Below the pieces are notes generated by a model that saw only the letters and a list, made by a program, of their open reading frames with translations, ran no database searches and was not told where the DNA came from. This document shows positions 1 to 8,941 of a stretch of DNA of 64,000 nt, piece after piece. Positions within the stretch are counted from its first letter, which is position 1. Each line of letters begins with the position of its first letter. The translations under genes were made by a program, and so were the position numbers. Origin of the DNA: an uncultured Actinomycetes bacterium (lineage in GTDB: Bacteria; Actinomycetota; Thermoleophilia; Gaiellales; F1-60-MAGs149); assembly GCA_963779685.1 (NCBI GenBank), contig CAVZZG010000003.1, positions 1,025,673 to 1,089,672 on the forward strand. The letters are read 5' to 3'.

Positions 1-1072
1 GCAGGCGCCGCTTCTCGCCCCGCGCCGGCACCCGCAGCTCGACCGGCGCGCCGCGCCACTCGGACAGCAGCTCGGCGACCACCCCGGGCTCCTCGAGCCC
101 CTCGGGGACGCAGACCAGCGGTGGCACGGCCCCGGCCGGACCGGCGTAGCGAGCCTCGGCGGCGGTCAGCAGCACCTCGTCCAGCGACGACTCGCCCGCG
201 TTCTCGAGCATGAACGAGAAGCGATCGCCCAGCCGGCCGCCGCGCACCGGGAAGATCAGCACGGCGGCCAGCTCGCCGTCACGCGCCACCCCGAACACGT
301 CGACGTCGCCGGTCGCCGCCTGCGCGACGAGTTGGCGCTCGCGCAGGTGCTGCACCGCGCTCAGGCGGTTGCGCGCCCGGGCCGCCTCCTCGAAGCGCAG
401 CCCGGCGGCGGCCTCGCGCATGTCGCGCTCCAGCTGCCGCTCGATCGGCCGGGTGCGGCCCTGCAGGAACTCGATCACGCCCTCGATGATCTCGCCGTAG
501 CCGGCCTCCGAGACGTAGCCGACACAGGGCGCGAGGCAGCGGCCGATGTGGTAATCGAGACACGGGACGCCGCTGCGACGACCCGGCTCGGGCCCCTCGC
601 AGGGCCGGTACGGGAACACGCGGTTCAGCACGTCCAGGGTCTCGCGCACCTTGGAGGCGCTGGCGTACGGCCCGAAGTAGCGGACGCCCCGCCGGTGCTG
701 CTCGCGGGTGAAGATCACGCGCGGGTAGCGGTCGCCGACCGTGACGGCGATGTACGGGTAGCTCTTGTCGTCCCGCAGGCGGACGTTGAACGGGGGCCGG
801 TGGCGCTTGATCAGGTTCTGCTCGAGGAACAGCGCCTCGGTCTCGCTCTGGGCCAGCACGGTGTCGACCGACGCGACGCGCAGCACCAGATCGGTGGTCT
901 TGCGGTCGAGCGCGCGGTCGGCCCGCGCGTAGGAGGCGACCCGCTTGCGCAGCGACTTGGCCTTGCCGACGTAGAGGATCTCGCCCGCGTCGTCGTGGAA
1001 CAGGTACACGCCGGGCTGGTCGGGAAGCTCCCGGGCTCGCTCGCGGATCACGTCGACGCCGGATGGCACCAC
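1..1072 (-). CDS. uvrC: Excinuclease ABC subunit C, N-terminal ~357 codons (3' end lies beyond window start)
   Basis: Absent from the ORF track because it has no stop in the window. Minus-strand translation from GTG at 1072 (or 1069) gives VVPSGVDVIRERARELPDQPGVYLFHDDAGEILYVGKAKSLRKRVASY (GIY-YIG motif). Further on come RPCEGPEPGRRSGVPCLDYHIGRCLAPC and the UVR-like LRFEEAARARNRL. Confidence 0.93.
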   Translation of the reverse strand, partial: MVPSGVDVIRERARELPDQPGVYLFHDDAGEILYVGKAKSLRKRVASYARADRALDRKTTDLVLRVASVDTVLAQSETEALFLEQNLIKRHRPPFNVRLRDDKSYPYIAVTVGDRYPRVIFTREQHRRGVRYFGPYASASKVRETLDVLNRVFPYRPCEGPEPGRRSGVPCLDYHIGRCLAPCVGYVSEAGYGEIIEGVIEFLQGRTRPIERQLERDMREAAAGLRFEEAARARNRLSAVQHLRERQLVAQAATGDVDVFGVARDGELAAVLIFPVRGGRLGDRFSFMLENAGESSLDEVLLTAAEARYAGPAGAVPPLVCVPEGLEEPGVVAELLSEWRGAPVELRVPARGEKRRL

Positions 1073-1091
1073 CGCATGCTACTGGCGAGCG

Positions 1092-1895
1092 TCAGCCGAC
1101 CAGTTGGGCCAGGCCGAAGGCGCCCGGAGGCGCCGTCTCGCCGCGCGCCAGGGCGAGGACCGCCGGCACGTAGGCCCGGGTCTCCGCCGGCCACGAGGCC
1201 GGTGTGCGACGGGCCCGTCCGACCCCGGCGTTGTACGCCGCCAGCGCCCGCACGAGGTCGCCGTGGAAGAGGGCCAGTAATCGCGCCAGGTAGCGGGCCT
1301 GGGCCCGGATAGCCGAAACCGGGTCGAACGGGCTGGAACGCCGCCAGGGATTCCAGGCGCCGGCCCACGTGCCGGGGAGGAACTGCGCCAGGCCCCGCGC
1401 GCCGGCGGGCGAGACGGCGCCCGGCCGGAACCCCGACTCGCGGGCGATCTGCGCCGCGAGCACCGCCACCGGCAGGCGCTCGGCACGCGCGGCGGCCAGC
1501 ATCGGTGCGCGATACGCCTGCGGCACCCAACCCGGGATGCCGAGCCCGCCGGGCACGGCCGCCACCCCCGGCGCGGCGGCGGCCGATGCCTCCGGCGTGA
1601 CCGGCACCGGCCCGCCGGCCAGCTTCGGGAGCAGCGCCCGGTACGTCGGCAGGCGGACGCGGACGGTGACGCCGGCCGGCCCCCACGAGAGGCGATCGAG
1701 CGCTGCGCCCTCCGCCGCTGCCAGCCGGCGAGCCGCGCCCGGGCCGTGCTGTGCGGCCAGGAGCGCGACCTCGTCGGCCACGCGCTGGGCGTGCGCGCGC
1801 TCGACGGCTGCTCGCGACATCGCCGCCAGCACCGCCGTCACGGCGGCGATCACGGCCGCGCCGATCACCACCAGCACGGTCGCCTGCCCTCTCAC
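1092..1895 (-). CDS. TadE/Rv3654c-like pseudopilin N-terminus fused to an SLT lytic transglycosylase domain
   Basis: The GTG at 1895 overlaps the upstream stop (GTGA). The N-terminus VRGQATVLVVIGAAVIAAVTAVLAAM is a TadE-type hydrophobic segment. The C-terminus has AQIARESGFRPG, GLAQFLPGTW and LAAYNAG (SLT motifs). Track ORF 1092..2408 is over-extended. Confidence 0.75.
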   Translation of the reverse strand: MRGQATVLVVIGAAVIAAVTAVLAAMSRAAVERAHAQRVADEVALLAAQHGPGAARRLAAAEGAALDRLSWGPAGVTVRVRLPTYRALLPKLAGGPVPVTPEASAAAAPGVAAVPGGLGIPGWVPQAYRAPMLAAARAERLPVAVLAAQIARESGFRPGAVSPAGARGLAQFLPGTWAGAWNPWRRSSPFDPVSAIRAQARYLARLLALFHGDLVRALAAYNAGVGRARRTPASWPAETRAYVPAVLALARGETAPPGAFGLAQLVG

Positions 1896-2204
1896 GGCGC
1901 GGCCACCCTCGCCGAGCCCGCCAGCGTTCCGAACGGTCCCGGCAGGTGCACGACGATCAGCACCCGCCCACGGCCGGCACGCACACTCGCGCCGCCGGCG
2001 AGCGCGGCCGGCAGGGTCTCCCGGGCCGCCGCGAGCGGATCCTCGCCGGCGGCCGCCGCGATCACGGCGCGGTCGAGCGCACGCTCGACCGGAAACGCCC
2101 GCCGAGGCCGCCAGCAGGCCCTGGGCGGCAAGCAGCACCGCCGTGCAGACCACCGGCAGAGCCACGCAGATCTCGACCACCGCCTGCCCGCACCGGGCCC
2201 TCAC
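1892..2204 (-). pseudogene. TadE-like protein, reading frame disrupted near 2093-2103 (or assembly indel)
   Basis: The GTG at 2204 overlaps the stop of 2201..2506 (GTGA). The N-terminus VRARCGQAVVEICVALPVVCTAVLLAAQGLLAA is in one frame. The C-terminus FPVERALDRAVIAAAAGEDPLAAARETLPAALAGGASVRAGRGRVLIVVHLPGPFG is in another frame and ends at TGA 1892, which overlaps the next GTG. Third-position G/C bias switches frame at about 2100. Confidence 0.55.
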
Positions 2205-2506
2205 CGGCCGGCCACCACGTGCAGGTCGAGACCGGGGACCACGGCGGGCGGCTCGACCCTGACGACCACGCCGCCACCGGCGCCGGCCGTCACCCGGCCG
2301 CGCAGCGCCGCCGGCAGCGCCTTCAGCGCGGCCGCGCGCGGATCGGCGCCGACCCGGCCCGCTCGATCGCCGGCGCGGGCGGCGTCCGCCGCCTCGACCT
2401 GCGCCCACGCGACCAGCACCACCTGCAGGCAGCCGAGCAGCACCGCCACGACGAAGGGCGCGACGAGCACGACCTCCGATGCTGCCTGCCCTCTCCGTCG
2501 ATCCAT
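2201..2506 (-). CDS. TadE-like protein
   Basis: 101-aa ORF with N-terminus MDRRRGQAASEVVLVAPFVVAVLLGCLQVV, matching the TadE pattern G-Q/S-A-x-V-E followed by a hydrophobic helix. Its stop overlaps the next start. Confidence 0.7.
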   Translation of the reverse strand: MDRRRGQAASEVVLVAPFVVAVLLGCLQVVLVAWAQVEAADAARAGDRAGRVGADPRAAALKALPAALRGRVTAGAGGGVVVRVEPPAVVPGLDLHVVAGR

Positions 2507-2573
2507 GACCGGATCGTCGCCGGCATGCGGCGCACGGAAGTCGCGCGACCCGGCGCGTCAGGCGAGCGTATCG

Positions 2574-3869
2574 CTACGGAACGTACAGGAAGGAGAAGCG
2601 TGACGACTTGTTCTGCGCCTGATCCACGCACTGCACCTCGACGGTGAAGAACCCGTGTCCGACGGGACGACGCGAGGTCCAGGAACCGCGGAACCGCGTG
2701 CTCGAGAGCCGTCGGAGCGTGATGCTGCCAGACTTGCCGCCGCGGAGTCTGCCGTTCCCATCGCGTATCTCGACGTGCATGAACCCAGCCTCGCTGCACA
2801 GCGCCGTCACGTGCCCGCGAGCGCCGGAGTACGGCACGGCCCGCACCGACCACACGGTCGGCGCCTTCCGGTCGCGGATGTGAAGGGTGTAGCCCGCCGT
2901 ACTGACGTTGCCGGCCCGGTCGGCGGCGATCACTGAGACGGTGCCGTTCCCGGGGACGTTCGGCCAGCCAACGCTGACGCCGGTGAGTTCGCCATTGGCG
3001 TTGGTCGTCTTGCAGAACGTGCCCCGCCCGGGATCCGCGCCACTGCACGCACCTGCGTCGGTCAGCGGCTGACCTGAAGCAGCGGGGGTGAGCCGCTTGA
3101 ACGTCACCGCGACGTCTGCCGGACGCGCTGCGAGCAGGCCGGCGTCCGAGGCCGTCACGGTGAACCGCGTGACATCGCCCAGGCCCGGCAGGAGCGAGTT
3201 GACGCCCACGTTGAGCTTCGGCGCCTGGACATCGGTCTCGCGGATGTTGAGGTAGAACGTGCCGCCGCTCGTGAGTGACCCGACCAGCGCGTAGTAGGTC
3301 ACGCCCGGCAGGGCGATGAACGAGACGTAGGCCGGCGCGGTCGAGGTCGGGCCGAGCCCGCAGGCGACTATGTTGCCCGGCGCCGGATCGCCGGCGGTCC
3401 ACGGTGCGGGCGGCGAGTTGAAGACCTCGATCGCCCCCTGGAACGCGGTCTGGGCGGTATCCAGGCTGACCTCGGTCCGTTCCGGGAACGTGATGGCGGT
3501 CATGGTCGGCACGATCTGGTACCAGAGCGTGCGGGTGACTTGCTGCCCGCTCTGGTAGCTGGCAACGTCGGCGGCGCAGTTGGATGCCGTCGTGTCCGGC
3601 GGCCGGACGAACGGCGGGTCGCCGGTGTCGTCGTAGAGCGTGGCCGGCACCGTGAGCCCGACGATTGACGCCCCCAGGTCGATGTCGTAGGCGTTGACGC
3701 GCAGGCCGTCGACCGCGCGGCTCGTGACCTTGTGGATGCCCGCCGGCGTGTCGTTGGGCTGGCCGGCGAACGCCGGCGCCACGCCGAAAACGAGAACCAG
3801 CGCCGCGAGCAGGCCGATTCTGATGCTACCCGCCGGAACCCCCATCGCGCTAATAGTAGCGTCGGCCAT
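2574..3869 (-). CDS. Secreted beta-rich/Ig-like protein of unknown function
   Basis: 431-aa ORF with a signal-like MGVPAGSIRIGLLAALVLVFGVAPAFA (alternative ATG at 3845, 4 nt after the upstream stop). Normal amino-acid composition. I recognise no catalytic motif. Confidence 0.6.
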   Translation of the reverse strand: MADATISAMGVPAGSIRIGLLAALVLVFGVAPAFAGQPNDTPAGIHKVTSRAVDGLRVNAYDIDLGASIVGLTVPATLYDDTGDPPFVRPPDTTASNCAADVASYQSGQQVTRTLWYQIVPTMTAITFPERTEVSLDTAQTAFQGAIEVFNSPPAPWTAGDPAPGNIVACGLGPTSTAPAYVSFIALPGVTYYALVGSLTSGGTFYLNIRETDVQAPKLNVGVNSLLPGLGDVTRFTVTASDAGLLAARPADVAVTFKRLTPAASGQPLTDAGACSGADPGRGTFCKTTNANGELTGVSVGWPNVPGNGTVSVIAADRAGNVSTAGYTLHIRDRKAPTVWSVRAVPYSGARGHVTALCSEAGFMHVEIRDGNGRLRGGKSGSITLRRLSSTRFRGSWTSRRPVGHGFFTVEVQCVDQAQNKSSRFSFLYVP

Positions 3870-4209
3870 CGGTCCAGACCTTCCATAGGACGAGGCCGAG
3901 GCCGATCGTTACCACCAGGAACAGGAGGCTTTGCAGGCCATTCGCCGTCGGCAGCAGGAGCCCGCCGACCACCAGGACGGCGAGGGCGATCCCGCCGACG
4001 CGGATGATGTTGCGCTGCCGGGACGGCATCCACTCCAGCTCGTGCCGGTGCTCCCTGTACAGCACCCACATCACGTAGAGGATGGCCGCCGTCATCAGGA
4101 TCCGCAGGGCGAAGCCGACGATCGCGCCGGCGACCGCGCCCGTCGCGGTCATCACGAACAGCGCCAGCGCTACGACGATGCAGACGTTGCGGATCGTCTC
4201 CTTGCTCAT
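3850..4209 (-). CDS. Small integral membrane protein (about 4 TM), unknown function
   Basis: ATG at 4209 (MSKETIRNVCIVVALALFVMTATGAVAGAIVGF...). This is the C-terminal 119 aa of track ORF 3850..4788, whose N-terminal part is R/P-rich shadow. Confidence 0.6.
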   Translation of the reverse strand: MSKETIRNVCIVVALALFVMTATGAVAGAIVGFALRILMTAAILYVMWVLYREHRHELEWMPSRQRNIIRVGGIALAVLVVGGLLLPTANGLQSLLFLVVTIGLGLVLWKVWTDGRRYY

Positions 4210-4268
4210 GTGTCCCAGTGTAGTCAGCGCCTCGCGCGGGACCGCCGCCGCGACCGGTGGCGCACCGG

Positions 4269-4652
4269 TTAGCCCCAGCCCATGCCGGTCATGAAGGCCC
4301 GGATCGAGAACAGGGTCGCCACCAGCGCGACGATCGCGAACACCAACGTGTTGCGGCGCACGTCCTCGGTGCGTGCCGAGTAGCCGAAGAGGACCGCGAT
4401 GGCCGGCGCGAAGCCGTACAGGTAGTGGAGCTGGACGGGCGCCCGGTGCTGGGAGGAGAGCAGCAGCAGGCCGAGCACCGCCTGCCCGACGATGACGGTG
4501 TGGGACAGGGCCAGCACCTGGGCGAAGACCCGGCCGGCCGTGGTGGTGCCGCGGTAGACGAGGAAGGCCCAGACGCACGCGACCAGGTTGAGCCCGACCA
4601 CGAGGCCGCCGAGGAACTGGTGGACGTGGGCCACGCGGGGATTCTGGCGCAT
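4269..4652 (-). CDS. Small integral membrane protein (about 4 TM), unknown function
   Basis: ATG at 4652 (MRQNPRVAHVHQFLGGLVVGLNLVACVWAFLVY...). Hydrophobic helices run throughout. Confidence 0.55.
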   Translation of the reverse strand: MRQNPRVAHVHQFLGGLVVGLNLVACVWAFLVYRGTTTAGRVFAQVLALSHTVIVGQAVLGLLLLSSQHRAPVQLHYLYGFAPAIAVLFGYSARTEDVRRNTLVFAIVALVATLFSIRAFMTGMGWG

Positions 4653-4699
4653 GCAGCAGACGCCCCGCTCGGGCGCCGAACGGCTGCATACTCCGGGGC

Positions 4700-5137
4700 A
4701 TGGCTCCCAACCCCGGCGATACGGCACCCGACTTCGCACTCGAATCCGACCGCGGCGACACGGTGCGCCTCAGCGACCTGCGTGGCACGCGGGTGGTCCT
4801 CTACTTCTACCCCCGTGACGACACGCCCGGCTGCACGCGCCAGGCCTGCGCGCTGCGCGACCACTGGACGGACGTCGAGGCCACGGGCGCGTACGTGTTC
4901 GGCGTGTCGCCGGACGACGTGGCGTCGCACGTGCAGTTCCGCGACAAGTTCTCGCTCCCCTTCGTGCTGCTGGCCGACACCGATCGGGCGGTCGCCGAGG
5001 CGTACGGCGTCATGGACGGCGACCGGCTGATCCGCTCGACGTTCCTGATCGACGAGCAGGGCACCATCGCCAACGCCTGGCGGAAGGTGGACGCCGACGC
5101 GCACCTCGACATCATCATGGACGCCCTGGCGTCGTGA
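4700..5137 (+). CDS. bcp: Thiol peroxidase, Bcp-type peroxiredoxin
   Basis: 145 aa. Contains GDTAPDFAL, VVLYFYPRDDTPGCTRQAC (peroxidatic Cys motif) and RSTFLID. Confidence 0.92.
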   Translation: MAPNPGDTAPDFALESDRGDTVRLSDLRGTRVVLYFYPRDDTPGCTRQACALRDHWTDVEATGAYVFGVSPDDVASHVQFRDKFSLPFVLLADTDRAVAEAYGVMDGDRLIRSTFLIDEQGTIANAWRKVDADAHLDIIMDALAS

Positions 5138-6318
5138 CCGGCCCGCTGGCGGGCGTCCGCGTCCTCGACCTGTCGCGCGTGCTCGCCGGCCCGTACTGCA
5201 CGATGATGCTGGCCGATCTGGGCGCCGAGGTCGTGAAGGTCGAGCGGCCCGGCGTGGGCGACCAGTCGCGGGCCTGGGGGCCGCCGTTCGTGGGTGACGA
5301 GTCGGCGTACTTCATGTCGGCCAACCGCGGCAAGCGGTCGGTCGCGGCCGATGTCACGGACCCGCGCGGGCACGAGGTCGTGCGGCGGCTCGCCCGCAGC
5401 GCGGACGTGATCGTGGAGAACTTCGTCCCGGGGGGCGCGGCCAGGCTCGGCCTCGACCGGGCATCGCTGGTGGGCGACCGGCCGGAGGTCGTCTACTGCT
5501 CGATCCGCGGCTATCCGGCGGAGAGCCCCGACGCCGATCGCCCAGGGTTCGACTTCGCGATCCAGGGCGACGCCGGGATCATGTCCGTGACCGGCGATCC
5601 GGACGGCGCGCCCATGAAGGTGGGCGTGGCGATCGCCGACATCACGACCGGCATGCTGGCCGCCAGCGGCGTGCTGGCGGCACTGGTCGAGGCCCGCGCC
5701 ACCGGCCGGGCCAGGGCGGTGGAACTGTCGCTCTTCGACGCCCAGGTCGCCTGGCTCGGCAACCGTGGCGCGGAGGTGCTGATCGCCGGCGTCGATCCGG
5801 GGCGTTTCGGCAACGCCCACCCGTCGCTGTGCCCCTACGAGACGTTCCGCGCGGCGGACGGCTACGTCAACCTCGCGGTGGGCACCGATGGCCAGTTCCG
5901 CGCCTTCTGCAACGCCGCGGGCGCCCCGGAGCTCGCCACCGACCCCCGGTTCACGACCAACGCCGACCGCGTCGGCAACCGCCACGAGCTGGTGCCCGCG
6001 CTGGCGGCGGTGTTCGAAGGCCGGACGGTGGAGGCATGGCTTGTGGTGCTCGCCGAGTCCGGCGTTCCCGGCGGGCCGATCCGCACGATCCCGCAGGTCG
6101 CGGCCACGTCGCCGTGGGCGATCGTCGAGCACGCCCACGCCACGTGCGGCACCGTGCGCACGTTCCGGTCGCCGATCTCGCTCGATGGCGACCACCTCAC
6201 GGCGTCGGCAGCACCCCCCACGCTCGGCCAGCACACCGAGGAGGTGCTGCGCGAGCTCGGCTACGACGGTGACGAGCTGAGCGTCCTGCTCGCGGGCCCC
6301 TGCCGGCCCGGCGGCTGA
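5134..6318 (+). CDS. Class III CoA-transferase (CaiB/BaiF family)
   Basis: 394 aa. Contains LAGVRVLDLSRVLAGPYCTMMLADLGAEVVKVE, SAYFMSANRGKRS, VENF and PGFDF. The start GTG overlaps the bcp stop (GTGA). Confidence 0.9.
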   Translation: MTGPLAGVRVLDLSRVLAGPYCTMMLADLGAEVVKVERPGVGDQSRAWGPPFVGDESAYFMSANRGKRSVAADVTDPRGHEVVRRLARSADVIVENFVPGGAARLGLDRASLVGDRPEVVYCSIRGYPAESPDADRPGFDFAIQGDAGIMSVTGDPDGAPMKVGVAIADITTGMLAASGVLAALVEARATGRARAVELSLFDAQVAWLGNRGAEVLIAGVDPGRFGNAHPSLCPYETFRAADGYVNLAVGTDGQFRAFCNAAGAPELATDPRFTTNADRVGNRHELVPALAAVFEGRTVEAWLVVLAESGVPGGPIRTIPQVAATSPWAIVEHAHATCGTVRTFRSPISLDGDHLTASAAPPTLGQHTEEVLRELGYDGDELSVLLAGPCRPGG

Positions 6319-6325
6319 CGCCCTG

Positions 6326-7702
6326 GTGCAGCCGATGCGGCACCATGACCGGGTGCCCGACACCTGGACCCCGACGAGCTGGCGCGAACGCCCGGCCCGC
6401 CAGCAGCCGGACTGGCCCGACGAGGCCGCGCTGGAGGCCGCCCTGGCCGAGGTCGCTGGCTTCCCGCCGCTGGTCTTCGCCGGGGAGGCGCGCGCGCTGA
6501 CGGCCGGGCTCGCCCAGGTCGCGTCGGGTCGCGCGTTCCTGTTGCAGGCCGGCGACTGCGCCGAGTCGTTCGACGCGTTCTCGGCCCCCAAGATCCGCGA
6601 GCAGTTGCGGGTGATCCTTCAGATGGCGGTGGTGCTGACCTACTCGAGTGGCGTGCCGACGGTGAAGGTCGGCCGCATCGCGGGTCAGTTCGGCAAGCCG
6701 CGATCCTCGTCCACCGAGCTGATCGGCGGCGTCGAGCTGCCCTCCTTCCGCGGGCACAACGTGAACGACCCGGCACCGACCGCCGAGGCCCGGACACCCG
6801 ACCCGCAGCGGCTCGTGCGCGCCTACCACCAGTCGGCCTCGACCCTCAACCTGCTGCGGGCCTTCACCAAGGGCGGCTTCGCCGACCTCTCGCGCGTGCA
6901 CGCCTGGACGCAGGAGTTCGTCTCCACCAGCCGCGAGGGGCGACGCTACGAGGCGCTGGCGGCCGAGATCGAGCGGGCGCTGCAGTTCATGCGCGCCTGC
7001 GGCATCGACACGCAGGCCACGCCGCAGCTGCACGAGACCGATCTCTACACCAGCCACGAGGCCCTCTTCCTCGGCTACGAGCAGGCCCTGAGCCGCGTCG
7101 ACTCCACCACCGGCGAGTGGTACGACTGCTCGGCGCACATGCTCTGGATCGGCGACCGCACCCGGCAGCTGGACGGCGCCCACGTCGAGTTCCTGCGCGG
7201 GGTCGGCAATCCGATCGGGGTCAAGCTCGGCCCGACGACCACCCCGGACGAGGCGCTGTCGCTCTGCGAGGCGCTCAACCCGGACCGGATCCCGGGACGG
7301 CTGACGCTGATCTCCCGGATGGGCGCCGACCACGTCGAGGGGCTGCTGCGCCCGATCCTGCGTGCCGTCACCGACGCCGGTCACCCGGTGGTGTGGTGCT
7401 GCGACCCCATGCACGGCAACACCTTCACGTCCGGCACCGGACGCAAGACGCGGCACTTCGACGACGCGCTGCAGGAGATCGGCGGGTTCTTCGACGCCCA
7501 TGCAGCGGAGGGCACGTGGCCCGGCGGCGTCCACGTCGAGCTCACCGGCGACGATGTCACGGAGTGCCTCGGCGGGGCCGAGGAGATCCTCGACCACCAG
7601 CTCGACGACCGCTACGAGACCGTCTGCGACCCCCGCCTGAACGGGCGGCAGTCGATCGACCTCGCCTTCCGCCTCGCCGAGCTCGTCCGCAGCGAGCCGT
7701 GA
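6326..7702 (+). CDS. 3-deoxy-7-phosphoheptulonate (DAHP) synthase, class II
   Basis: Contains SWRERPARQQPDWPD, AFLLQAGDCAESF, KVGRIAGQFGKPRS, WIGDRTRQ, VWCCDPMHGNT and GGVHVELTGDDVTEC. The start is ambiguous (GTG 6326 or ATG 6335). Confidence 0.93.
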   Translation: MQPMRHHDRVPDTWTPTSWRERPARQQPDWPDEAALEAALAEVAGFPPLVFAGEARALTAGLAQVASGRAFLLQAGDCAESFDAFSAPKIREQLRVILQMAVVLTYSSGVPTVKVGRIAGQFGKPRSSSTELIGGVELPSFRGHNVNDPAPTAEARTPDPQRLVRAYHQSASTLNLLRAFTKGGFADLSRVHAWTQEFVSTSREGRRYEALAAEIERALQFMRACGIDTQATPQLHETDLYTSHEALFLGYEQALSRVDSTTGEWYDCSAHMLWIGDRTRQLDGAHVEFLRGVGNPIGVKLGPTTTPDEALSLCEALNPDRIPGRLTLISRMGADHVEGLLRPILRAVTDAGHPVVWCCDPMHGNTFTSGTGRKTRHFDDALQEIGGFFDAHAAEGTWPGGVHVELTGDDVTECLGGAEEILDHQLDDRYETVCDPRLNGRQSIDLAFRLAELVRSEP

Positions 7703-8934
7703 GCGCGGCCCTCGACGCCCTCGATCGGCGCACCGACGAGCTGGTGGCGTTCACCGCCGACCTCGTGCGCCGTCCCAGCCCGAACCCGCCGGGCGACACG
7801 CGCGCCGTCGCCGATGCCGTCGCCGCGCGCCTCGCCGAGCACGGCATCGTGGTCGAGGAGATCTCCGACCAGGTGCACACGCCGAACCTCGTCGCCAGCG
7901 TCACGGGCGACCGGCCCGGCCCCCACCTCGTGCTGTGCGGCCACATGGACGTGTACCCGCCCGGCCCGGGACACGCCTGGTCGGGCGATCCGTGGCGCGG
8001 CGAGATCGCCGGCGGACGCCTCCACGGACGTGGCGCGGGCGACATGAAGAGCGGCCTGGCGACCCTCGTCGCGACGCTCCTCGCCCATGCCGAGACCCGG
8101 ACGTTCGGCGGCCGCCTGACGCTGCTGGCGGTCTCCGACGAGATGAGCTTCTCGCCGCACGGCGCACCGCTGGTGCTCGAGCGTCGGCCCGATCTGGTCG
8201 GCGACGCCGTGATCGGTGCCGAGCCGACATCGCCGGACTTCGTGCTCTTCGGGGAGAAGGGCATGGCCTGGATCGAGCTGGAGGCCGAGGGCGGCAGCGG
8301 CGCCGGCGCCTACGCGGTCGGCGTGCCGAACGCCATCGAGCGCCTGGCGGCGGCGCTCGGCGATCTGGCTGCATTGCGCGACTGGCAGATCCCGATGCCG
8401 GACGACGTCGTGCAGGCGCTTCGGTCAGGCGGTGGCACGGACGGCCTGCCGCCCGAGGCGCTCACCTACGCCGACGACCGCGTGCTGCCGCTGGTCACCG
8501 TGAATGCCGGTGTGATCGCCGGGGGCCGCAAGATCAACCTGGTCGCCGACGCCGCCCGCTGCGAGCTCGACCTGCGCCTCCCGCCGGGCGGCGCGCTCGC
8601 CGACCTCCACGACCGCCTGCGCGGCATCCTCATCCGCCATCCCGGCGTCACGTACCGCGTCATCCAGGAGATGGCGCCCAACTACACCGACCCCGCCGAT
8701 CCGCTGGTCGCAGGGCTGGTGACGGCCGGTGCGGCCGTGCGGGGCGTCGCCCCCCGCCCCGAGCTCGGCATCACGGCCTCCGACACCCGGCTCTGGCGGG
8801 CACGGGGCGTGCCGGCGGCCATGGTCGGCCCGCGCATCGCCGGGCAGGGCATGCCCGACGAGTCGATCGCCGTCGCCGACCTCGTGGACTGCGCGCGCAT
8901 CGTCACCCGCGCGACCGCCGACCTTCTCGGCTAG
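7699..8934 (+). CDS. M20 family metallopeptidase (ArgE/DapE/ACY1-like)
   Basis: GTG 7699 overlaps the DAHP synthase stop (GTGA). Contains LVLCGHMDVYPPG, GRGAGDMKSGLA, SDEMS and EPT. Track ORF 7117..8934 is over-extended upstream. Confidence 0.88.
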   Translation: MSAALDALDRRTDELVAFTADLVRRPSPNPPGDTRAVADAVAARLAEHGIVVEEISDQVHTPNLVASVTGDRPGPHLVLCGHMDVYPPGPGHAWSGDPWRGEIAGGRLHGRGAGDMKSGLATLVATLLAHAETRTFGGRLTLLAVSDEMSFSPHGAPLVLERRPDLVGDAVIGAEPTSPDFVLFGEKGMAWIELEAEGGSGAGAYAVGVPNAIERLAAALGDLAALRDWQIPMPDDVVQALRSGGGTDGLPPEALTYADDRVLPLVTVNAGVIAGGRKINLVADAARCELDLRLPPGGALADLHDRLRGILIRHPGVTYRVIQEMAPNYTDPADPLVAGLVTAGAAVRGVAPRPELGITASDTRLWRARGVPAAMVGPRIAGQGMPDESIAVADLVDCARIVTRATADLLG

Positions 8935-8941
8935 AGGACCG

